A DNA stretch of 64,000 bases from Mobula birostris. Lineage: Eukaryota. Each line of letters begins with the position of its first letter. Within the stretch, counting starts at the first letter, position 1. Position numbers and translations under genes: made by a program. The stretch covers positions 43,552,459 through 43,616,458 of the forward strand of contig NC_092395.1 in NCBI RefSeq assembly GCF_030028105.1, in the 5' to 3' direction. Under the pieces are notes generated by a model. That model searched no databases. It saw only the letters and a program-made list of their open reading frames with translations, and was not told where the DNA came from. This document shows positions 21,561 to 34,960 of this stretch, in pieces.

Positions 21561-22890
21561 TGTCATGGTCCGGTCCGTGAAGTCCGCAATCAGGTTCACG
21601 GTCCGGTCCATGGACTCAGGACTCCGGGTCTTCCAGCTGTCCTTTGTTTGACTAAATCGAAGGTACCTGATTCCCATCTTTGGGCTTGCAATATAAGTAG
21701 CCTTGGGATTGAGTGTGGATGGCTGGTTTGGCTTGTCAGTCCCCTTTGGAGCAGTCTGCTGATGGAAGGCTAGTGAATCCATTTGTGATCTCTAGGCCTG
21801 GTTGGAGGACCACTGCTTCATGGAGCCTTGTTGCCACTCATTGGAGTAGTCTTTGTGGTATGGATTTGGCTGTTTCCTGTGCCAGATGAGTGGCTGCCAG
21901 ACACTCCAAGCTAGATAGGGAGCTGGCTCTTTCTGTAGCCAGCTGAGGTTGCTGGCTGAACTGAGACTTGGAGCTTCCCTGGAGCAGAGATGGGACTGTC
22001 TGTTGTTCTTTGGTGTTTGTCTTTTCTTGTCCTTGCTTCTATGGGGTAAGCCAGGCTCTTTTGCCATTGCCCTGCAGGAGGATCTGCCTTGTTTTGTCCT
22101 TGCCTCTGTGGGGTAAGCCAGGCTATTTTGCTGTTGCCCTACAGGGGATCTGTCTTGTCTTGTCCTTGCCTCTGTGGGGTAAGCCAGGCTGTTTTGCTGT
22201 TGCCCTGTGGGGGGATCTGTCTTGTCTTGTCCTTGCCTCTGTTGGGTAAGTCTGGCTGTTCTGCTGTTACCTGACAGAGAGACCTGTCCCACCTTGGTGT
22301 GAAGATGAAGTTGAGTCCTGGCTTGTTGAAGGATAAGTCCTGGCTCTATGTTGATGTTCAGATCCCAGTCTGCCTCTCAGCTCCAGACCCTGAGTTATCA
22401 GCCTCTGCATTTCAAGATGAAGACCCCAAGCCTCGAGGATCTCAACCCAAGCCTCGAGGATCTCAAGCCGCTCGTCATGTCATGTCCTTGGCTGGTTCTG
22501 GGGTCCGACCCCGAAGCAAGACCCAGGTTCTGGTTCCTTGTCCAATCTCGGGCTCGGAGTCTGAGCCTTGTCTTGTCTCCAAGCTCAGGTCTCTAGACCC
22601 AGCCATGTCCTGTTCTGAAGCCATGTCATCTCCTTGCCTGGTTCCGGGGTCTGAGCCTGAGGCAAGACCCAGGTCCTGGGTCCTTGTCCAATCTCGGGCT
22701 CGGAGTCCAAGCCTTGTCTCCTAGTGCATGGTTCCTAGTCCTGGTCCCGTTTTCCCTAGCCCAACTCTGCATTCTTTTCCCTGCTCCTTGTCAGAATCCT
22801 GTCACGTCCCTGCTCTAGTCACGTCCTGTTCCTTGTGCTTCAGTGTCTGTGTCTTGCATTTGGGTCTGTTTCCAGCACTCCATTGTGACA
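21561..22890 (+). mobile_element. Solo LTR, family H (1330 bp), containing internal tandem repeats
   Basis: TGTCA...TGACA; homologous to 42883-43838; empty site at 41341-41365; degenerate 5-bp TSD (ccttc/ccacc). Confidence 0.85.
22025..22290 (+). repeat. About 67-bp tandem repeat, 4 copies, inside the LTR
   Basis: gggtaag anchors recur at about 22043, 22110, 22176 and 22243. Confidence 0.9.
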
Positions 22891-24439
22891 CCACCTGAAA
22901 ATCCAAGTGCACAACATCTTATTTTCTTTTGTCTTATCTGCTTGTTCTTTCTTCAAAGAATTCCAACAGTATTGTCAGGCCAGGTTTTCACTTAAGGAAG
23001 CCATGCTGATTAAGGCATATTTTTCACATTCCTCCAAGTACCCCAAAACCATTTATTTAACAATCGACTCCAATATCCTCCTAATTGCGGAGGTCAGACT
23101 AACCAGCCAATATTTTTTTTCTTTTGCTTCTCTCCCTTCTTGAAGATTGGAATGACATTTGCAGTTTTCCATTCCTCTGGTATCATACCAGAATCAATTG
23201 ATTCTTGAAATATCATTACTGATGCCTCTACAATCTCTTCAGCTACCTCTTTCAGAACCCTGGAGTGTATACTATCTGGTCCAGGTGGCTTATCTACCTT
23301 CAGACCTTTCAGTTTCCCAAGAAACTTCTCCCTAGATATGGCAACTTTACACACTTCTGCCGCAGGACTCACATGAAGTTCCTGCATACTGCTGGTGTCT
23401 TCCACAGTGAAGACTGGTGCAAAATACTTATTCAGTTCATCTGCCATTTCCCTGTCCCTCATAACTACCTCTCCAGCATCATTTTTCAGCAGTCCAATAC
23501 CTTCTCTTGCCTTTCTCTTCCACTTTCTGTATCGAAAGAAACTTTGGATATACTCTTTAACATTATTGGCTAGCTTGCTTTCGTATTCCATTTTTCTTTC
23601 TTTCTGACTGTTTAGTTGCCTTCTGTTGGTCTTAAAAAGCTCTGCAATCCTCTACCTTCCCACTGATGTTTGCTCTACTATATGCCCTCAGTTTGGCTGT
23701 TTCGTTGGCTTTGACTTCTTTTGTCAGCCACAGTTGTGTCATCCTGCCTTCAGAATACTTGTTCCTCTTCGGGATGTATTTTTCCTGCACCTTCCAAATT
23801 CCTCCCAGAAAGTCCAGCCATTGCTGCTCTGCCAGTGTTCTTCTCATATCAGTATTGGCCAGCTCCCCTCTCATGCCTCTGTAATTCCCTTCACTCCACT
23901 GTAATAGTGGTAGATAAATAAATAAGTGGATAGATAAGTAGGTAACTAAATGAACAAATAAATAGATTGATAGACAGGTTATGGGTAACACTGCTGTTGG
24001 ACCACCTCTGTATCACAAAGGCGATGGTGCATTTCTCAGGAGACAGAGCTCCAGGAAACAAACCCACACAACCAAATTTCTTTACTTTCAGCAACGAGAG
24101 AAGGGATGTCAGTACTGGCCACCCCAGTGGGGAATTCACATTTGAGTATCATCATCCTTCCACTAAACTCTTAATGCTCCCACTCTACCACATCTGTACT
24201 GACCACATTACAATTCACACAAGTAGCAGTGGAAATATGGGTTCCGTAAAGTTAATAAATTGCTTATCTTAGACAGAAAATCTGCCAATTCAGTCTTGCT
24301 TTAGATTCTAGTGAGCCAGGACAGGAAAGGTTACACAAGTGAGGATCAAGCTCGATTTGAAATTAACAAACTCATGAATTGTGAGCATATTTCAATAACT
24401 ACATATTTAATGAAGGAAGGTTTTACATATCCTGTGTAA

Positions 24440-25270
24440 GACCATGCTAAATATGGATCATCATACAGTTATCCCATTATCAGTTGTGTTTGTTACACAT
24501 CAAGCAAATTTTTACATCCTCAATGACCAGAATGGGTGAAACTTCTATACTGTGAAATAGTTCACCCATTGTACAGTGCTTCTTGGATGCTGATGAAACT
24601 TTAGATCAGAATCTCTCAAAGTAAAAATCCTATCTTTGTGGTTGGGAACAGGAAGGGTGGCTACCCTTCACATAGTGATCTTGTTTAGTTCCCACATTTC
24701 ACCTGTGGACATGGCCATACTGTCATTTTCCTACCCGAGATCCAGGAATGAAAACCTGGTCACATCGCTGTCATTTCTCGGACATGCCCAAGTTTAATGA
24801 ATAAGGGTATACAGAAAGTAACTTCAGATAACAATTCCATATCGGTTGTCACTGAGGAATAACTGCATATCCACAATTTACAAATGTGTTTTTGTAGTTC
24901 AATTTTTCTTTTTCACTGAGGACATATGTGCACCTAACCCTGTGACGACTCTTCCCATGGGAATCCGAACAGTGAGTGTGGGCAGACAAGGTCAAGTGAA
25001 TCCACCTCACCCAGTGTTGCCCTTTTCAAACAGCCAGCAATCAGGGTCACTGATAGTGAGCGGGAGTGTGGACATCCTGGCTGAGGTTTAACTTGTAATG
25101 TTGAGCAGGGACATTGTTGCAGTAACTGCATTCTCCTTGGAAGAACAATTGATCAATTCTGGAATAGGCAGCATGACATGGACCTTGTTGTTCTGTACAT
25201 CTCAATAAATGATTATGTGAAGACACATTCTATTATATTAAATCTATCTACATATTTACACTGGGATCAA
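24440..25270 (-). pseudogene. Ancient L1-clade ORF2 (endonuclease) remnant
   Basis: Minus frame at about 25100-25190 reads HAAYSRIDQLFF, matching the L1 EN HSAYSRIDYFF motif; paralog at 43840-44690. Confidence 0.6.
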
Positions 25271-25299
25271 TGACATACATCTCCCTTGGATCCATTGCT

Positions 25300-25740
25300 T
25301 CATTTATTGCATTGAGTTCTGGTCATCCCATTATGGGAACAATGTGGAGGCTTTAGAAGGGGTGCAGAAGAGGTTTATGAGGATGCTCGCTGAAGTTGAA
25401 GGCAGGTGCTATAGGGAGGGTTTGGATAAATCTGGTGTATTATTCCCATTATAAAAGTATCTGACACTAGATGGCATGCATTTATGGTAAGAGGGTAAGT
25501 TCAAAGGAGATTTGCAGGGTACATATTTACACAAGGAGTGGTCAGTGCCTAGAATGCACTGTCAGAGTTGGTAGTGGATGTTAAGATGATAAAAGGCATT
25601 TCTCACGCTCTTAGGTAGGCACCTGAATGTTCAGAGAAGGAAGACAGATGAATATTGCATAGCAGAAAGGAATTGTTTATTAAAGCATTAATTAACCTTG
25701 TGGCTCAAAAGGCCAGTTCCTGTTCTGTACTATTCCCTGT
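25300..25740 (+). mobile_element. CR1 3' fragment
   Basis: agttctggtcatccc...gggtgcagaagaggtttatgaggatgc; paralog at 44700-45100. Confidence 0.7.
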
Positions 25741-26535
25741 TCCTTTCTGATCATCACAGGAATCTAAATTGTTCTACTTCTGTTCGAGTTGAGGCACTAT
25801 GGATTCACAGATTTATGACCTATGTTTGCATTATCCGGTGGGTGATCATTAATGAATGTCAATGATGCAGTATGCTGGAGCTTCATTTAGGAGAATTGCT
25901 CCACTGGAGTTAATTATTTCATGAGGTTCCACCAGTCGCTGACATCTTGAATGTTCTTGGAGCTAAAGATAGCTTTATGATCTGCCACTTTAATCCTTTA
26001 AATAAACTTTCCTTCAAAAGAAAGAAATCAAGGGGCAAAACCAAACCGTGAACTCCATCAGAACCAAATACAGGAACTGGCCTTTCTAATTTTCTTCTGT
26101 GTAAATGAGTTGGAGTTGTAGTCAGTCTAAACACATACCAAGCTTCAGAAGGAACATTTGGGATATCGAATTATGAGAATTATATAAAAGAAGATACAGA
26201 GACAAGGAAATGAAGAGAAAGACATGAGATTTGTGTGAGAATTATAAAGATGTGGGTGCCTTGGAGACAGGGAAAATGTAGCAGAGAGTTACAGAATGGA
26301 AAGTTAAAGGAAGAAACAGAGTGATACATGATGTAAAGTGTCACACATTAGGTTATGGTCAGGGTCCAGTGCCCTTTTTGACTTTAAAGATCAGATGGCG
26401 GCTGGACTTCCGGGTCATCAAGGGAATGGCGGCGTAAGGAAAAGGTCTCTCGACAAAAAAGAAGGTAAACTGCCCCATAATCGAATTTAGACAAATACTT
26501 AATATTGCATAACTATATTAATAAAAGGGGCAAGG

Positions 26536-27522
26536 ATGATGTCTAAGAACAAGATTAAAAAGTCCGCTCCGAAGGCTGATAAACATAAAGAGACGCAGCA
26601 AGGCGACGGGCCTAGCTCCCCCACGGCAAGCCAGGACGGAGATAATGAGGGGGAATCGGTGACTCTGTCCTTGATTCTCGGAGAGATTCGCGAGTTCCGA
26701 CAAGATAAGAGCAAACAGCTGGAAGATATTAAAGGAGAAATAGTAAAAACTAACTCGCGGATAGATGAAGCCGAAGCGAGGATTGTTGGAATTGAAGAGA
26801 AGCTACAAAACGCAGAGGAGGTGATAGCAGAAATGCTGAAGCTGCAAGACCAACTCCAGTGGAAACTAATAGATCAAGAAGGCCGCTCGAGAAGGGAAAA
26901 TGTGAGGATTTACGGAATTCCCAAAGGAACTGAAGGTAAATCCGGATTGATGATTCCCTTCGTGGAGAAGCTACTTAGAGAGAACCTTGATATATCGGCC
27001 GCAAAAGACCTACAGATAGAAAGAGCTCACCGCGCGTTGACACCACAGCCTCCGGGAGGCGCCCAGCCCAGATCGATTCTGGTCAGATTTCTCAGTTACA
27101 GAACGGAGGAAGAGGTGCTTAAACGGGCAAGGCAAAAGAAAGGTTTCATGTGGAACAACTGTAAAATCAGTTTAGACCACGACTACGCACCGGGGATTCT
27201 TGCCAGACAGAAGGAATATACGGAAACACGGAGAGTCCTGAAGGAAAACAACATCAAATTCCAGATCCTGTATCCAGCTCGGCTGAGAGTCTTTTACGAC
27301 GAAGGGACAAAAATTTACGCTACGGTGGAGGAAGCAACGTTGGACCTGGCGGACCGGGGACGACCTATTAAAGTTATCACCCAACCGGAGTCGCTACTGG
27401 AGAGGATTCGGCAGAAGTCGTGGCAGTCAGTGGGGCGAGGACGCTCCACACGAACCAGAGTGTCAAACTACAAGGAAAAGCTGCAAATATTCAGACGCGA
27501 ATGTACAGAGAACACAGATTAA
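26536..27522 (+). CDS. L1 ORF1p (coiled coil, RRM, CTD), intact 328 aa
   Basis: DQEGRSRRENVRIYGIP, IERAHR, PRSILVRF, DHDY, YPARLRV. Confidence 0.92.
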   Translation: MMSKNKIKKSAPKADKHKETQQGDGPSSPTASQDGDNEGESVTLSLILGEIREFRQDKSKQLEDIKGEIVKTNSRIDEAEARIVGIEEKLQNAEEVIAEMLKLQDQLQWKLIDQEGRSRRENVRIYGIPKGTEGKSGLMIPFVEKLLRENLDISAAKDLQIERAHRALTPQPPGGAQPRSILVRFLSYRTEEEVLKRARQKKGFMWNNCKISLDHDYAPGILARQKEYTETRRVLKENNIKFQILYPARLRVFYDEGTKIYATVEEATLDLADRGRPIKVITQPESLLERIRQKSWQSVGRGRSTRTRVSNYKEKLQIFRRECTENTD

Positions 27523-27881
27523 TTAAGAGAAATGACTGAAAAGAGTAAATCGGACTTAAAGGTAAAATGAAAACTGGTAACTGAAAATAAACTAGGCGGA
27601 ATAATTTGAATGATAGCAATATGGTCGAGACATAAATAGGAGAAAATTCTCTATGATTATTCAAACTGCTGAGGGCCCTCTAACACAGGGTGAAGGTAGA
27701 GGTTATCCCTCTGAACTGAGGCGGGTCGGTGCTCAGGCCTCACTGTGGGAAGTCGGGAAAGATTTTCAAACGTTATACGTTCAAAAATGTCTAGGGTGTG
27801 GTTATATGTCTTGGTTTACTGTTGAGAAGGGATTGCTTACTGTTTGGTTAGAAAAGGAGAGTTTTTTTCTACTAGAGAAAA

Positions 27882-30800
27882 ATGCAAACTGAATTGGTAA
27901 AAATAATTTTGTATAATGTTAATGGAGTTTTGAATCCAATTAAAAGAAATAAGATTATGTCTAAATTGAAAAAAGAGAAGGCACAAATAGCTTTCCTCCA
28001 GGAAACACATATGGGCCAATCTGAACATGGAAAATTAAAAAGAATGGGCTTTAAGCATGTATTTTATTCATCATATAAATTGACCATTTTTGACCTAATG
28101 GTCAGTTCTCAAGGGTTAGTAATTTGTGGAGGGGATTTTAATATTAGATTAAAACCTATATTAGATTCTTCAAGAATACTTACTCAGAATAAACCTCTGA
28201 CTCGGAAAGTGAATTCATTGATGGAGGAGTTGGGAATTATAGATGTCTGGAGGGAATTACACCCTACTAGTAAACATTATACATATTACTCTTTCCCTCA
28301 TTCAGCCTATTCAAGGATAGACTATTTCTTTATCTTTAATACAGATAGACTCAGGATAAAAAACTGTAATATTGCAACAATTGATCTGTCGGATCATAGC
28401 CCAGTCTCTATGTCTCTAATCCTGGAAAGGAAAATGAGGAAAACACTATGGAGGCTAAACTGACATATACTCAATAACCCAAAAGTAATGGAGAGATTAA
28501 GGGGAGAAATCAAAGACTATCTAGACCTTAATGACACGGGAGAAACATCACCAGTGATCTTATGGGATACATTGAAAGCTGTACTGAGAGGGAAAATTAT
28601 TTCCATTACCACTCACATGAAAAAAATCAATGCACAAAAATTAGCAGACCTTCAAGGAAAATTAAAACAACTTCAAGTTGTAGATAGCAACAAAAGTAAT
28701 TCAAATCAAAAACAGGAAATTAGGAAATTGCAAAGTGAAATTGACGATATTTATATGTTGGAAACTCAAAGAAATTTTCTTTACCTGAGAGAAAAGAATT
28801 ATGAAGTAGGAGGTAAATCAGCTAGATTATTAGCATATAAATTACAAAATCAACAAGCAGACAATACAATTCATAAAATAAAGAATCCAAAGACAAAGCT
28901 TGTGGAGAGTACAATAGGGAAGATTCAAGAGAGTTTTGAAACATATTATCGAGAGCTGTACTCTCAACCCCGGGCCCCCAATGAGCCCTATATAGACAGT
29001 GTATTGAATTTTTTAGATCTACCTAAACTTACAGATTTACAAAATGAAAGTTTATTAGAACCAGTAACTGTCAAAGAACTGAACGTGGCCATCTCTAGGT
29101 TAAAGGCTGGAAAGTCCTCGGGTTCTGATGGGTTTACCTCAGAGTGGTACAAGTCCCTGAAGACACAGTTAGCCCCATTACTACTTAACACCTTTAATTG
29201 GATCTTGCAGAGAGGAGAAACTCCACCTTCCTGTAGAGAAGCGATTATTTCAGTTATTCCTAAAGAGGGTAAAGATAAACTAGAATGTGGCAATTATTGG
29301 CCAATTAGTGTTCTTAATTTAGATTACAAACTATTTACATCTGTATTAGCGCACAGATTGGAAAAGCTTTTACCTGGCCTAATCCACTTAGACCAGACTG
29401 GATTTATTCAACAAAGACAAACACAGGACAACATGAGGAGAACTGCACATATTAGAACAGGTTAATAAGAACGAGACAGAGACAATGGTAGTAGGATTGG
29501 ACGCTGAGAAAGCTTTTGATTCGGTTAGTTGGACATTCCTATACAGAGTGTTAGGAAGATTCGGCTTTCAAGAAAAGTTTAATAAAGTAATTCAGACTCT
29601 ATATGACAGCCCTACAGCCCGAATTAAGATAAATGGGGACCTCGCTGACTCCTTCATCTTAGAGAGAGGCACTAGACAGGGATGCCCAATTTCTCCTCTC
29701 CTTTTTGCGCTATATATTGAACCGCTTGCCCAACTAATAAGACAGAGCGAAATCGAGAAAGGTATCAAGGTGGCAGGGATTGAACAGAAAGCGGCGTTAT
29801 TCGCAGATGATGTTTTGGTCTATCTGAGTGAACCAGAAAAATCATTTATAGGATTGTTTACACTGTTGGATGACTTTGGGAAAATATCAGGTTATAAAAT
29901 AAACGTAAAGAAAATGCAGGTTATGTCCCTAAATTATACACCATCCAAAAAATTGCAGGATACATATGATCTTAAGTGGGAAGCTAAATCATTAAAATAT
30001 TTAGGAATAACCCTGCCGAAGGATCTTTCAACACTGTCACAGGTAAATTTTGGGCCATTAATCTCAGAGATAAAAGCAGATATGCATAGATGGAATCTTA
30101 TCCCCTTTTTAAGTTTAAATTCAAGGATAAATACTATAAAAATGAATATTCTTCCTCGGTTATTGTATCTTTTCCGTACTTTACCGGTGGAGGTGGATGA
30201 TAATCAATTCAGGGTATGGGACAAATGGATTTCCCGCTTCATTTGGCAAGGAAAGAAACCTAGAATTCGATATAACACCTTACAGTTAGGGAAGGAAGGA
30301 GGAGGTATGGTTCTTCCTTGCCTGAGAAATTATTTTTATGCCTCACAGATAACCCCTCTGTTATATTGGTGTAATAGGGAATATAAGGCTAGATGGAAGG
30401 AAATAGAATTTGGATTAGTTGACAGTTTTCCTCTTCAGGCCTCAATAGCTGACAAAGGATTGATGGCCCAGTTGGAAAAATTTAAAAACGCTTGGATAAA
30501 TCTTACATTAAAAGTATGGCAGAAGGTGGTTAATTCATGTGGAATTAATAACATGTTAAAACTCTTTAGATGGTGTGCATATGATACCGAATTCCTTCCC
30601 AACAGAGGAGATAAAAGATTTGAGCTATGGATAAAGAAAGGTCTTACAACCTACCTCTCATTTATAGATAAAAGAGTATTACAAAGTTTCCAAATCCTAC
30701 AGGACAAACATGGCCTAGAACATAATGACCTTTTTAGGTACCTTCAAGTACGAAACTATGTTAACCAGAGTTGTAGATATACAGACCTATCAACAGTAGA

Positions 30801-31542
30801 ATTAGAATTTTTCAAGATTCTGAATTTGGCTTGCAGTTCAATACCTAGTAAATCAGTTTTTCGATTATATAATGCACTCTCCCATGCTAAAAATGTAAAT
30901 ACACTGTATATTAAAGAGAAGTGGGAGAAAGAAGTGGGGTTGGTACTTTCAGAGGAGGCTTGGGGGAAAATCTGCAGCTTTCAATGGTCCTCGACTAATT
31001 CTTTGACTTGGAGAGAACATTGTTGGAAAAACATTATAAGATGCTTCAAGACCCCATATCAGGAAAAATATAAAGATACAAGTGTGATGTGTTGGAGAAG
31101 GTGCGGCTCCAAGGAGGCAAATCATTTTCATATTTTTTGGTATTGCCCTAAATTAAGTCTATTTTGGGAAGGTATTCATAGAACATTAGTTAAGGTACTT
31201 AGGTCCCAGATACCTCTGAACTTTGAGACGCTCTATTTGGGGCATGTATTGTTTCTTGAACAGAAGGAAGATATAAAGTTGCTGCAGGCCCTCTTAGCGG
31301 CAAGTAAGAAATCAATCACTAGAAAATGGCTAAATCCAATACCACCTACATTAGAAGATTGGTACGAAATTATCTTGGAAATATTTAAAATGGAAAAGTT
31401 GACTTACTCCCTGAGAACTCAAAAAGAAAAATTTTATCAAATCTGGAATAAATGGATTGAATATATAACCCCAATGAGAGCAATGACTCTCCTAATGATT
31501 TATACTGCTCTTCTCATCAACACAGTAATATTGCTAATGTAA
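27882..31542 (+). pseudogene. L1 ORF2 (EN-RT-CCHC) with three lesions
   Basis: EN YNVNG, FLQETH, GGDFN, SRIDY, SDHSP; in-frame internal EN deletion at about 28079; TGA at 28461-28463; frameshift at about 29450-29485; [18 protein letters not shown]; C-terminal [17 protein letters not shown]. Confidence 0.93.
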
Positions 31543-33539
31543 GCACCCCTAGTCTAAATGTTTGTTGTTTTTTTTTGTTTTCTTTTGGAAAATAGAGAAT
31601 TAACACAAGTAAAGGGAAGGATTTGGGAAAGGGATAAAAAAATGAAAAAATTAAGTAAATAAGTACACAGGGATTGGATAATTATATCTGCGGGCAGGAG
31701 CAAGCATGAACAAATTAGGATATAAACACCTACAATGGTTGATACATAGGCTTATATACAACATTTTGGACCAGTGGAAATGGTCCAGAAGGGTTATATG
31801 GAAACTATTATTACCATTTTTCTTAACAACTAATTCCATTACTTAGCCTAATAGGTTAGATTTACCACAGTACATAATTATCTATTTAAATGTTTATTTT
31901 CCTTTTATATCATCTCAATGTGTACTTAAGAATGTATAAGTAATTGTAGTTTTATACATATAAAAAAATGGAAAAGGTTATATGTGTGAAAAAAGTACAT
32001 GATATTTGTGAATTCCTTATCCAAATAAAAATAAAATTAAAAAAAAAGATCAGATGGCAGGCTGCAATGGCACATTCAGTGCCAAGGCGTTTATTGTGTG
32101 TCAGAGGTAAACATTTAGAAAAAGTGCAAAAATATTTATGGTGCAAAAAATGGCAAATTAACCAAAACGACATAAGTGAAAACACAATTATACTATCAGA
32201 ACTTTAGGACTACAGCTCCTAAACATCAGTCTAAAGTCATGAACCTTACTGCAGCTTCCTCTTCACCTACACCAAAATCAACCTTTAAATAAGGAGCTCT
32301 TTATTCTCAGTGAAAAGGAATGTGGTGGTGGCGGTGGAGGGGTAGGTGGTGGTGTTACCATGAGCCTGAGCAATTACGCAAAATCAAAACGCAGGATTTC
32401 ATATCCTTCTTCACAATCTCAAATGTCTACAAATACATGTATCACAATGAGATTAGAATGACAATGCACAACAAAATCATTCAAAAACTAACCATTTTCC
32501 AGGAACCAGCACTCTTCCCCATCTCCCAAAATTAACTCTACTGCTGAGTCAACACAGAGCACATGCCACTACGAACAGGCACTTTTTTAAGACACCCCAT
32601 TCATCAATTGAGCCACTCCTGAAACTGGAAGCAACAACACACATGACGCATCACCGAATGCCACTGTCCTGGAGGGGCAAGTACAAACAAAAGTGCCCTC
32701 ACTGTGCATTAGCCTAACGTGCACCCGATAAGCACAATGTCAGCACAGCCAGACAGGGACAATGAGAATTTTGGGGCTACTGGTGGGGAGTGGGGGTTTG
32801 AGGAAGTTAATTGTGTTCGACCAGCTCAGTCACAGCTGCCTTTCCAACCCTCCAGAATTTGTACAATGTATATACTTGTACAGTGATATTGGGCTGGATG
32901 TTCCAGTAGCCATACCAGAAATGACAAAGAAACTGGTCAGGATAATGAATAACATTGGAGTAAGTCGGGCCGGGGTGTGGGATGGGGAGGTGGAATCCAG
33001 CTTGTCTTGTCCCCATGTGCTGGTCATTTGTTTTAATGATGCTTTTGAAGGAGCCTTGCAGTGAAACGCAATCCCACTCATCCAGACTGATTCCAGCCAG
33101 GTTCAGACCACTGAAACCATACGGGATTTCACTACCTGGGCAGTCCTCGATGCAATAATCAGCTGTGAAATCTGCTCTTCAGGAGTTTACTGCAGAGCGG
33201 GGTGCAATAAATCTGCAATCATTCCTCTCCCCTCACTGACTCTCCAATCGTTATCCCACAATTGATCAGCCCACTGGTTTAGTCTGCATCTGGTTTTGGC
33301 AAAACAGAGCAGAGTGTAACAGAACTCACCAGTCCCAGGGCTGCACAGGTTCCCCCTTATTCCCATCTACGTCCTACAGAAGCAGTGGGCCATGCATTGG
33401 GAAGATAGGTACAAGTACGCTTAGGTAGCATGTGTGGGGTGTCATGCACTGCTGATATCTCACAGCTTCAGCGACCTGGTTTTGATCCTGAGCTTGTCCA
33501 TGTGAAATCTGTAATTTCCCCTTCGTGCAATGAAGAAAG

Positions 33540-34960
33540 AACAGAATCTGGATTGGTTTTGGAGGTCTGTAAAATTACAAATATCACTCCACTCTTGAAG
33601 AAAGGAGGGATGCAAGACACAGGAAATTATAAGCTAGTTTGTCTGCCTTTGGTGGTTGGTAAGATGTTAGAGTCCATTCTTCAGGGTGAGGTTTTGGGGA
33701 ACTTGGAGACACATGAAAAACAGGCCAAATTCAACTTGGTTTCCGCAATGGGAATTCTTACCAGAAAAATCTGTTGAATTTCTTTGAGGAAATAACAGTA
33801 GGATTGACAAAGGAGAGTCAGTTCCTGATTTTTACGTGGATTTTCAGAGCCTATGACAAGAGCACATGGATAGAAGATTGGATGACAGGCAGGAAGCAAA
33901 GTCTGAGAATAAAGAGGGCTTTGAGTAGTTCACTGTCATGCCTGGTGTTGTTCTGCTGGGGTCAGTGTTGGGACCGCTTCTTTTCCATCTCCATATCAAT
34001 GATTTAGATGATGAAATTGATAGCTTTATTGGGCAAGTTCGTGGACAAAACAAAGGTTGATGAAGGGGCAGCTTGTGTTGAGGAGGACATTGCCAAATTA
34101 GGAAAATGGGTAAAGAAGTGGGAGATGGAAGACAAGGGAGGTGTTTTCCGTGCACTTTGCGAGGAGGTATAAGAGTGTAGACTACTTCCTTATCAAGGGA
34201 AAATATTCAGAAATCAGAGGAGGAAAGGGAGTTGATAGCCTAGTACAGAAATCTTTAAAGATTAATTTGTAGCTTGAGTCGGTAGTAAGGAAGGTAAATG
34301 TAACTTTGGTATTAGTTTTGAGGGGAGTATAATATAAAAACAAGGATGTAATGTTGAGGCTCTACAAGGTATTAGTCAGATTGCACAAGGAGTATTGTGA
34401 GTAGTTTTAGTCCCCTTATCTGGAAAAGGATGTACTGGCTTCATAGAGAAGGTTCACAAGAGTAATCGCTGGAATGAAAAGGTTAACGTATGATGTGTGT
34501 TTGATGTCTCTGGACCTGTACTCACTGGAGTTCAGAAGAATGAGGAGGGGATCTAATTGAATCCTATTGAATATTGAAAAGCCAAGTGGAGTGGCTGTGG
34601 AGAGGATGCTTCCAATATTTGGGGAATATAGGACTAGGGAGCAGAGCCTCAGAATACGAGGATTTCCCTTTTGAACAGAGATGAAAAGGAAGTTCATTAG
34701 CCAGAGGGTGATGAATCTGTTGAGGTTTTTGCCACAGGCAGTTGTGGAGGCCATCTCAATGGGTTTATTTAAAGCAGAGATTGATAGGTTCTTGATTAGT
34801 AATAGTGACAAAGCATATGGGGAGAAAGCAGGAGAATGGGGTTCAGAAGGATAATGAATCAACCATGAATCAATGAGGTTGAAAAGGATAATAAATTCAA
34901 CATGACAAAGCAGACTCGATGGGTCAAATGGCCTAATTCTTCTCCTATGTTTTATGGTCT
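33540..34960 (+). mobile_element. CR1 ORF2 and 3' UTR fragments (duplication unit 2)
   Basis: Decayed RT and C-terminal motifs; colinear with 46300-47720. Confidence 0.8.

Larger units (their letters stand above)
20450..23900 (-). mobile_element. CR1 LINE fragments (antisense), split by the solo LTR at 21561-22890
   Basis: ORF 23094-23591 has ADELNKYFAPVFTVED, PGPDSIHSRVLKE, PEEWKTANVIPIFKKG; paralogous to 40200-42300. Confidence 0.85.
26400..32044 (+). mobile_element. Full-length L1-clade LINE with 14-bp TSD and A-rich tail; ORF2 disabled
   Basis: TSD aaagatcagatggc at 26386-26399 and 32045-32058; TTT/AAA target; 5' UTR, ORF1, ORF2, 3' UTR; aataaa repeats before poly(A) at about 32022-32047. 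Confidence 0.95.

Noticed and set aside
22025-22290. Regular 67-bp repeats as a possible CRISPR-like array
   Set aside because: Head-to-tail tandem units without unique spacers, inside a eukaryotic LTR; no cas genes.
24846-25270. Duplicated unique-looking segment as a possible Ig pseudo-exon
   Set aside because: The minus frame contains the L1 endonuclease motif YSRID, so it is an old LINE remnant.
32290-32375. Pro-rich potential mini-exon (minus strand MVTPPPTPPPPPPH)
   Set aside because: A GGT-type low-complexity tract with a weak donor site and no partner exons.
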